From NCBI GenBank assembly GCA_951406725.2, contig OX597820.1, forward strand, positions 57,536,001 to 57,600,000: DNA of 64,000 nt, in the 5' to 3' direction. Below the pieces are notes generated by a model that had not been told where the DNA came from, ran no database searches, and was given only the letters and a program-made list of their open reading frames with translations. Numbering within the stretch: the stretch's first letter is position 1; the number at the start of each line of letters is the position of its first letter. Both the position numbers and the translations under genes were made by a program. Shown piece after piece: positions 54,785 to 64,000 of the stretch. The DNA is from Octopus vulgaris (Eukaryota).

Positions 54785-55015
54785 GTCGCCACAGTAGTGC
54801 AGAGCCTCTTTGAAAGCCAGGATGAGATCTCACCGCATCCTCCGTCGTTCGAGTGAAGATGATACCAGCTGTTGGAGACGTTCCTAATACGTAAGCTTAG
54901 ACAAACCCGCGACCATTCGGGTGGCTAAGCGTTGAACCTGTTTCAGGTGCTGAATGTCTTTCTGGGGATATGGATTTCAGGCCTGGATGCAATATTCGAG
55001 GATGGGTCGATACGA
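54785..55015 (-). mobile_element. CR1/L2-group LINE fragment
   Basis: Reverse-complement homology to 23200-23330 (RPILEYCIQA..PYPQKDIQHL.QVQRLATRMV.GL..LTY.ERL..L). Confidence 0.75.
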
Positions 55016-55082
55016 GTTGTGTTTGTCACCCTTCACCGCTTGTTTTGATGGTTTGTTTATGTCTCCGAAACTTAGAAGTGCT

Positions 55083-55485
55083 GGATCTTTTCGGTTTGAC
55101 CGGCAGTTTTTTAAAATAATTTCCACGTAACTAAACACTTTTAAACTTCGTATACTGGTAGAATGTGTTTATAAAACAACTTTTTCTCTTGGCTTTATTG
55201 AGAAAATTCTATAGTTTGAAAGATATTTTTTCTTCAATTTCTGCAATTTCAACCAATCAATGACGTCTATTGAGGTGAAAACATTCTGTGGCATATGAAT
55301 ATGTCCCTCGTTTAAGAAACAGATTGGGTTTATTTACATTTGTGAAGAAAAAAAAGATACCCTTCCCCACACCCCTAACCCTAAAACAGATTGAAATGCA
55401 ATAGATCGATACTAGGGTCATAATTATGGGTGACAATTTCACATGACACCGCTAGAAAAAACTGCCGTTCAAACCGAAAAGATCC
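55083..55485. mobile_element. MITE with 30-bp TIRs
   Basis: ggatcttttcggtttgaccggcagtttttt / aaaaaactgccgttcaaaccgaaaagatcc (one mismatch). Confidence 0.85.
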
Positions 55486-56704
55486 GCAAAACTTACTGAT
55501 AGGATGAGTACGAGATTTTAAAAAAATCGCAATAATAATTAAATACCAGGAGCGATTTGTTTGACTAAATCCTTCAAACCGCTGCCCCAGTAGTCCAATA
55601 GCTGAAACAAATAAAGAAAAAAGTTTGAAAAATGCGTTATAACATTTAATTAGAAGTTAGCTCCCTTGGCGACGAGTTTCAAATTTCTTTCGAGTTATTT
55701 TCATTTCTCATACACCGTTAATGTCACCACAACCACCTAACCAGCAAAACGTCTAGCTTAACTTGCTCTGTAAAGTACAGTTTCCTCTACATTAAGGAAG
55801 TCATGCATTCTTGAAGAATTTTGCCGTAATGTTGAATTCCATAACACGAAAAGTATTTTACTTCTGACTTCCACGTTATGGAAGACAGTGAGAAATGCAT
55901 TTTGTGTGAGATACCTACATTACTGAAAGGTTAACAGACGTATGTTTCCGTAATGCGGGGGATGCTTGTATCAGGTACATAAGTAGGCACTTCCTGCTAA
56001 TGTGATGGTGCATATTGTTACAGGTTATATTACCATGTTATACCTATTAGTTTAACATAAATACAGACATATATACAACTATATGTTATTTCTATTCATA
56101 TACGACTTCAGTCTGAATTTCTGGCTATTAATAAGTTCATGTTAGACTGTTAAAACGTTTAGGTGAGATGGACTCTTCTGTCTTAGATGACTGATGACTC
56201 CTCGTTTCTTGCTGATAAACCTGTACAAATGATTTGACTTTATCAGTGGTTCTCAGTCGGGGTTCATATGAGATATTTGTGGGGGGGCCACGCAAGCAGA
56301 AAAGCAAATTGGGGATCTACAGTAGTATGTAAAGGGTCCATTAAAAATCAACTTTTATAGGCGCTGGCGTGGCAGTGTGGTATAAACACTTGCGTAGCTA
56401 GGGTGTGTGCCGCCCGGGGCGGTCCTTTCATTTGCTGCAAAATTTTAAAATGTAACAAACTTAACAGAAATTTACAGATGAGAGATGTTTCTGGTCTAAT
56501 TTCATCTGAAATGGTCAAATTCTAGTCCAATTTCATCTGAAATTTCTAGTCTAATTCTGCTCTAAGTTCATCCAAAGTTTCTCCACACCAGCGAAAAAAG
56601 TTCCAGCTGTGATCTTTTGTCAATTGTAGCAAAGTTTTAAAATGTAACAAACATGAGAGAAGTTTACAGATTACAAATGTTTTTGGTCTAATTTCATCTG
56701 AAAC

Positions 56705-57085
56705 TGAGGTTATGAAGCTTGCTTTGCAACCATGTAAGTTTTGGGTTCAGTCCCACTGCATGGCACTTTGACCAAGCATCTACTATAACTCCAGGTTGAC
56801 CAAAGCCTTGAGAATGAATTTGGTAGCTAAAATGTGGGAAGCCAATCATACATGTGTGTATATATATATATGTGTGTGTGTGTGTATGTGTAGATGCATT
56901 TGTGTGCATTTGCTTATTTCCTTCGTTGCCTGACAACCTGCATTGGTTTGTTTATGTCCCTGTAACTTAGTGGTTTGACAAAAGACACTAAAAGAATAAG
57001 TATCAAGTGTTCAATTTGTTCAACTAAACCCTTCAAGGCAACACTCCAGCATGGCCACAGTTCAATGTCCAATTAAAACATTGAA
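56705..57085 (+). mobile_element. SINE family B, CpG-decayed
   Basis: Family B landmarks with CG changed to TG/CA. Confidence 0.75.
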
Positions 57086-57540
57086 AAGATATCTAGTGCG
57101 CTGCTCAGTGTCATATTTATATTCTTCCTTTCGAGTTCGAATCTTGCTTAGTCAAACCCCTTTCTTCATCATTCAAGGGTCAATTAAATCATTAATATAA
57201 TTTATCAATACTACAATAATTAGTATTTGGTCAGTAATCTAATGATCATCATTAGATCAATAGTATTGTAATTATCAGTATTAGCTCAGTAATTAAATGA
57301 TGAGTAAACAGATCAGTAATTTAATGTTTGATTTCAGATCAAATAAATCTAAGTCCGAATTAGATTTAATAATCAATATTATAATGATCAATATTAAATC
57401 AGGAGGAATTTAATGGTCAATGCTAGATAAGTAATAATTAAATGATAAATACTACATCAATACATAATTACGCTTATTAAATCAGTAGTAATTAAATGTT
57501 TAGTACTAGACAATTTGTTAATCAATATAAGATTAATTAT

Positions 57541-58185
57541 GAGGCAGTGAGCTGGCAGTGTCATTGCTGCATCAGGTAAAATTCTTAGCAGCATCACTTC
57601 CATCTTCACATTCTGAGTTCAAATTCCAGATGTTGATTTTGCCTATCACAAATACTGGGGGCAGGGTCAATGTAATCGACTTACCCATCTCCTAATATAT
57701 CTGGTCTTGTGTGCCAAAATGTGAAATCTATATTAGATTAATATGAGGCAGCTTAGCTGGTAGGGTTATAATCGCTCCGTGTAAAATACTTAGCGGTATT
57801 TCTGAGATCAAATTCTGCCGAGGTCAACTTTACCTTTCATCTTTTTCAGGGTCGATAAAATAAGTAAGGATGAAAGGCAAAGACGACCTTGGTGGAATTT
57901 GAACTCAGAACGAAATTCCGATAAGCATTTTTCAAGGCATGCTAACGTTTCTTATTTCTATACTACCCACAAGGGGCTAAACACAGAGGAGACAACCAAG
58001 GACAGACAAATGGATTAAGTTAATTATGTCAACCTCAGTGCGTAACTGGTACTTATTTAATCGACTCAGGAAAGGATGAAAGGCAAAGTCGACCTCAGTG
58101 GAATTTGAACTCAGAACGTAGCAGCAGACGAAATACCGCTAAGCATTTCGCCCAGCGTGCTAACGATTCTGCCAGCTCACCACAT
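57541..58185. mobile_element. SINE family A cluster, + copies followed by - copies
   Basis: + heads at 57541 and 57745, - modules at 57865-58185. Confidence 0.8.
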
Positions 58186-61130
58186 TAAAGCTACTAAATA
58201 ATAAACGATTAATTCAAATCAATGTGAATAAATTAAGCATTATATTTGACAGTTTAATCTGAATGCTAAAGGGTTGAATAAAAAAAAAATTTTAATAAAA
58301 CATAATATAACAGGGTCGTTAAAATAATCACAATTTATGATCAGAAAAATAAATATGCAAATATAAATAATTCTGGAAGAAATGAGTGGCAGGGGAAAAC
58401 AAAAAGAAAGCAAACTATAGATTTATGTTTTAGAACTTTGGAATTTATTTATTTGAGAATAACAAACAAGTTATTCATTAAATGACAAATCTTGTTCTGA
58501 AGGAGAGTCATAAATTAAAAAAAATAAAGCAATAAATATGTACATTTTTTTTGCCTTTCATGTAAGATAATTGTTTTTTTTTTTTTGATCACATAAATAA
58601 CATCTTATATTTTGGCAAGCAGGTAAAATATAATCACTGTTCTTCAACTTTTTTTTTCTTTCTTTTTTTTTCATCACATTTCAAGTTTTCACTTGTCTCA
58701 AATCTTACAAAAGGATGTATTTCCAGTTAATATCTCCAACACACAAGACTCAAATGAAGTCCATAAAAAAATATATATAAGTTCAAGAAAAATAGTCCAA
58801 AGTCAATAGGTTACTATAACCATTTTAACTGGTTCTTTTGTCTTTTTTTATTATTATTATTTTTTTTTTTGAAAAAAAGAAAACAAATTGCTTTTCTGCA
58901 TTGTTCTGGTATTCTTAAGGAGAAAAAAAAAATGACAATATTATTGTAAGATATAGATATGTAGCTTTGTCTGTTTGCCCTCCCTCCCACCCCAACCACC
59001 ATGAACATGAATAAATAAGTTTTTTTGACTAGGAACTGCAAATATTCAGGATGGTAGGTAGGTCAGATTTATTCGTAGTAAATAGAAATGCTATCAAGAT
59101 TATATATGTGTTGATGGAATGAGAGACTATGATAAGGGGGAATTTAAAAAAAAAAAAAAAAAAAAAACAGCTTGAGGTTTTTCAAAACGATGATATATAG
59201 GCACAGGTATTGCTGTATGGTCAAGTTTGCTCCCCAACCATGTGGATTCAGGACCAGTGCCACTGAGTGGCACATTGGGCAAGGATCTACTATAGCTCCA
59301 GATTGACTTGCAGATGGATTTGGTAGACACTGGAAAAAAAAAAAACTACACACCCATTATATATATACACATACATATATACACTGGCTGTGTGTCTTCT
59401 TGTTTTGATACCACCATCATAAATACGACGTCCATTTTTGATCTTCCAGGTAAAACATGCCTGGACATGGAGAAATACTACCTTGTTTGGTAATAGGTGA
59501 AAGTTGGAGACAGAAAAGGCATTGGGCACCGAAGGCCTGCCTCCATGAATTCCGCCTGACCCATGCTAGCATGGATGTTAAAAGACTGATGATGAAGAGG
59601 ATGAAGATTATATGTACGAGAATATGTGACAGCTCAAAGTCATAACAATTTTCAGTTTTTGTTGTTGTTGTTGTTTAATACGAGAATAAGTTCAATATTA
59701 TTAGATAAATCAACAATGCATAAAAACAAGAAAAAAGCTTTAGTTTCTTTGAAAGCTGAGCAGCCAGTTAGAAATGAGGTGGCATGATAGTTCAATTCAA
59801 ACTATTGATTATATTGGTCCGATGATAGTTTTAGTATGATTTTTTTTTTCCAAAAAGGTTAAGTAAATGGAATAGATAAAAAACTATTGAAAACACCAAA
59901 GCCAATAATTATGGCTCCTTAACCCAAAACAAGAAATAAAAATTCATTTTATTTCTTTAAATTGCTTGTTAGTGTGGATGGTTTTCGAAGGATATCTTTA
60001 AAATTTAAAATTCATTAACTGAAGAATTATAAAGCTCAATTACTGTAATAAGCAATCAACTATAATTATCAAAGAACAAATTCCAAAAATATATAAATTC
60101 TATTTAAGCCAGATTTAATTTTGGATTATCAGAATGTTTAGAAACACTATAAATAAAATAGTTTAGAGTAGAATTTGTCAATGGTTTCAAACTACTCACT
60201 GCCCTCAAATTTTCTAACAATAACACAATAAAAGATATTTTTAAAAAGAACCAACTTTTTTTTTTGTACCTTTTTCTGAAAAAATACCCCCAGTGTGTTA
60301 GGTTTTATTTTAATGCATTAAAACAGCCTATGGCTTAATATTTTGCAAATAGGGCCCTGGAATAAGGCTAGGGATATTTAGGCTTTAATTTTTTTTATCC
60401 CCTACCTTTTTCTGTTTCACAACTGAAGGAAAAAACAATGTCTTACTAACAACTGTCAAAAATATTTTTACACTGGCACTGTTTCAAGGGAATTTGAAAT
60501 AAAAGCCCTCCTCAGCATAAATTTCTGACATGAAATAATATACAATATATATGTTGATGAAGCTAGGATATAACTATGGTAAAGTTAAAACATGAAATGT
60601 CGAAATTTTTCATTTGATATATCCAGCAGCAATAATACATGGATCTTTAAATGATCGTTTAAAAAAAAAAAGTTTCCACTTAATGTATAGAAAAGTGAGA
60701 TTATTTTCCATTGATAGTTTTCTAAAATGTTTGTATATTTTAAATGCCATGAATATACTTTGGAAAAAAACAAAAAAGATGATTTATAAAACAAAATCAA
60801 GAGGAGTTTAACTTGCATTAAACTTACTTTACAAGTGGATAGATAAACTGTAAAATACCACTACATAACATTTAAAAAAAAAAAAACATATCAAATTGAT
60901 CATTTTAATTTCCCCCTCCACTTCATACCATACGTAATCGGTCGGGTCCTTTTCATCAGTGTGAAATCATTTCCAAAATGATTTGCATTCAGTCAACCGA
61001 ACAGAATTGATTAGCTATCAGTGCAGAACGTAGGATCTGATAACGTGTAAATATGCAATGTCTACCATGTGTGATTAATACACACACAAACCTTTTCCTT
61101 TATTTTTTTTTTTTCCCTTCCATTAATTAT

Positions 61131-61546
61131 TTATTTTTCCAAATACTCATTTTGTGCAAGATTGAAAAATACATAGTCTGGGAAGTGGTTGTTGCAGCTG
61201 CATAACGACTGACTGCGGCTGTTAATGTTGTTGGAAGATGGGATATTAGGAGGGTTTGTCATCGCATACTGATGAGGATGCTGGTGGCCATAATCTACAA
61301 CATTGCTGTCTCTGGTGTGTGGTGTGCAAGAAGAAGCAGTGCAATGCTCCTTTTCTGTGCATTCATCTGTGCCTTCAGTGTTGTTTGCAAACGGTGCCGA
61401 TACTTCTGGTTCTGGATGTTGGTTGAGTAGAAGGTCTTGGGATTTATGATAGGCCGGTGTGTACATCCATAATGCAGATGAAGGTCTTGTCTTTTGCATA
61501 TAATCAAGGGCCAATGTACTGTAGCATACCTCAGTCAGACCAGACT
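61131..61546 (-). CDS. Terminal coding exon of an unidentified host gene
   Basis: Strong acceptor cttttcattttctgatattttcag ending at 61547. Open frame SGLTEVCYSTLALDYMQKTRPSSALWMYTPAYHKSQDLL..NEYLEK* in non-repetitive, GC-richer sequence, followed by a long AT-rich, repeat-poor UTR-like tract. Confidence 0.7.
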
Positions 61547-61777
61547 CTGAAAATATCAGAAAATGAAAAGATATTTAGAATACAAATCTTATTGGAATAC
61601 TACATATTATACTTAAATATTTAAGTCTTATATATTTAGCAAAAATTAAACGGAGTTGGAATTTGGCAAAGAGTTTATTGTACACTAGTGCATGCATGCA
61701 CACAGAGAGACTTTGGAGATTATAGGTGCAGAAAATTCAAATTAAGAGACAACTTCCCAGTTTCAGTTTCAATAAAA

Positions 61778-62182
61778 AGGTGTGAGAGTGGCTGTGTGGT
61801 AAGTAGCTAGCTTACCAACCACATGGTTCCGTGTTCAGTCCAACTGCATGGCACCTTGAGCAAGTGTCTTCTACTATAGCCTCAGGTCGACCAAAGCCTT
61901 GTGAGTGGATTTGGTAGACGGAAACTGAAAGAAGCCCATCACACACACACACACACACATACGTGTGTGTGTGGTATATGTCTGTGTGTCTGTGTTTGTT
62001 CCCCCAACATTGCTTGACAACCGATGCTGGTGTGTTTACGTCACTGTAATTTAGCAGTTCAGCAAAATGAGACCGATAGAATAAGTACTAAGCTTATAAA
62101 GAATAAGTCCTGGGGTCGATTTGCTCAACTAAAGGTGGTGCTCCAGCATGGCCACAGTCAAATGACTGAAACAAGTAAAAGT
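61778..62182 (+). mobile_element. SINE family B, CpG-decayed
   Basis: Full-length match to the reference copy with CpG transitions. Confidence 0.9.
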
Positions 62183-62253
62183 GTAAATCCATTACAACAT
62201 GTACTGAAGCATTTGTATCTCCTTTGTCCAACATATACCAACACATTAATAAA

Positions 62254-62484
62254 TATTTCTTTATTGCCCACAAGGGGCTAAACACAGAGAGGAAAACAAG
62301 GACAGACAAACGGATTAAGTCGATTATATCGACCCCAGTGCATAACTGGTACTTATTTAATCGACCCCAAAAGGATGAAAGGCGAAGTCGACCTTGGCAG
62401 AATTTGAACTCAGAATGTAGCAGCAGATGAAATACCGCTAAGCATTTCGCCCAGCATGCTAACGATTCTGGCAGCTCGCCGCCC
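62254..62484 (-). mobile_element. SINE family A
   Basis: Single module plus head. Flanking duplication acacattaata.atat. Confidence 0.85.
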
Positions 62485-62679
62485 TACACATTAATATATA
62501 TCCCACCCATGCTAGCATGAAAGGCAGACATTAAACAACAATGATATCGATATTTAATTAGAGGTGGTGTTAACCTCATTAAGGGATGGTTTCAACCAAG
62601 GAAATACTGCTTCAATACCTAGTATTTATGGGGAATTAATTTCCTTCAAGTAATAGGTGTATACATAAAAAACACAGGT

Positions 62680-62905
62680 TATACTCTGTTGTGTCTAGGG
62701 AGAGTCATTTTCTTTTTGTGCCTATTGAAAAGGTTGCAAGACGCAACGAACATTTTAGGAAAATAAAAATAAGTGGAAATTTTACCGGTGAGTGTGTTAC
62801 ATTATAAGGCACAAAAAGAAAACGACTCTCCCCAGACACAACAGAATATGCTTCAACACATGAACTCATATAAAGAATCTTGCAAACTAAATCCAAAAAC
62901 GAAAT
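62680..62905. mobile_element. Palindromic MITE (same family as 373-690)
   Basis: ctgttgtgtctagggagagtcattttctttttgtgcct vs aggcacaaaaagaaaacgactctccccagacacaacag. Confidence 0.65.
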
Positions 62906-62950
62906 ACAGTTTAATACTCATATGAAAAAAAAAAAAAAGAAAAAAAAAGA

Positions 62951-63822
62951 AAATGGAGATTGGAAGCTAATAATTATTTATTATTAAAAGCAAATTAATC
63001 ATCATCACTTTCAACTGTTTCGATTAATACTCAGTAAATAATAAGTAAATATTAAATTTATATTGATATGACCTGAGCATATCTTCAGAGGGAAGAAAAT
63101 ATACCCTTGGGTGTTTTATAATGAATCTATAAACGCATAAAAAACATCTAAGGGCATATTTTTTTCCTCCTCTGAAGATATTATGCTCGGGTCATCTATA
63201 TATATAAAACTGTAGTTGTGTGAGTGTCTGTCCCCTTCGATTTAGATTCCTAACTACTCCCACATTTTGCGGTGCAGTTTAACCAAATTCGGGTATCTTA
63301 TAGTTGTGACTCATATCGAGCCCGTCTGAGTATTAGCGCGCGTCTACGATGAGTCTACGATTTTAAAAATAATTTAACATCATTTTTTATTCCATTTTAA
63401 TGCATAATTTTTCGTGTGTCGATGGCAGCGGAGTTGGCGTCCATGGTCACACCTGCACCTGTTTGCTTCTCCCCCTTCTTCCCTCCCTCGTGAAGCTGTG
63501 GGGAAGGGAGTGTAAGGAAATCAACGTCGTAAAGCGTTGTCAAGGAGACCAGCGTTCTTTTAGAACAACGACTTCATGGCTTGAAGACACCAAAACAGAA
63601 ATGGCTAAGAAAGCCCGAATTGGCATCTATAAGGGAAGTAACTCTCTAAAAATGCTTATATAGTTATTTCCCTTACAAACCCGAGCAACGCTGGGCGATA
63701 CTGCTAGTATAAATATAAATTTAATATTTATTTAATATTTACTGAGTATTAATTGAAACAGCTGAAAGTATAGATGATTAATTTGCTGTTAAATAATAAT
63801 TGACTTTCCAATCCCCATCTTT
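62951..63822. mobile_element. Fold-back MITE interrupted by a Helitron
   Basis: 62951-63075 is the inverse of 63708-63822 plus 63187-63194. Central hairpin 63068-63195. Confidence 0.8.
63195..63707 (+). mobile_element. Non-autonomous Helitron
   Basis: A|TC 5' end, subterminal hairpin cccgagcaacgctggg (63680-63695), CTAG|T 3' end, no TSD. Confidence 0.85.
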
Positions 63823-63837
63823 CTCTTATATATATAT

Positions 63838-64000
63838 AGGCATAGGAGTGGCTGTGTGGTAAGTAGCTTGCTTACAAACCACATAGTTCCGGGTTCACCT
63901 TGGGCAAGTGTCTTCTACTATAGCCTCGGGCTGACCAAAGCCTTGTGAGTGGATTTGGTAGATGGGAACTGAAAGAGCCCATCGTATATGTGTGTGTGTG
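63838..64000 (+). mobile_element. SINE family B 5' part
   Basis: Head and CORE-like segment, running off the window. Confidence 0.85.

Overview
AT-rich eukaryotic (metazoan) DNA saturated with microsatellites ((TA)n, (CA)n, (TATG)n, (TATC)n, (GAA)n, (TAA)n). The SINE families and repeat landscape suggest an octopus/coleoid cephalopod genome, which is an inference from recognition rather than a search. Almost all listed ORFs are microsatellite artefacts. Real content includes three modular tRNA-derived SINE families, decayed non-LTR elements (CR1/L2-, RTE-, R4/Dong- and Tx1-like), DNA transposons (Tigger, mariner, maT, an hAT with an 8-bp TSD and nested cargo), MITEs, non-autonomous Helitrons and the last coding exon of a minus-strand host gene near 61.1-61.5 kb. 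The main result is a set of hammerhead ribozyme (HHR) elements. The best is a ~488-bp non-coding, highly base-paired repeat unit at 13208-14528 with an intact type I hammerhead in each complete copy. It is arranged as two longer-than-unit arms joined head-to-head almost exactly at the predicted cleavage site and sits inside (TA)n, which fits a retrozyme-like (circular-RNA) mobile element. A second, unrelated HHR element lies at ~49.6-50.1 kb, and several minimal Penelope-type HHRs, some with recurrent core variants, are scattered across the window.
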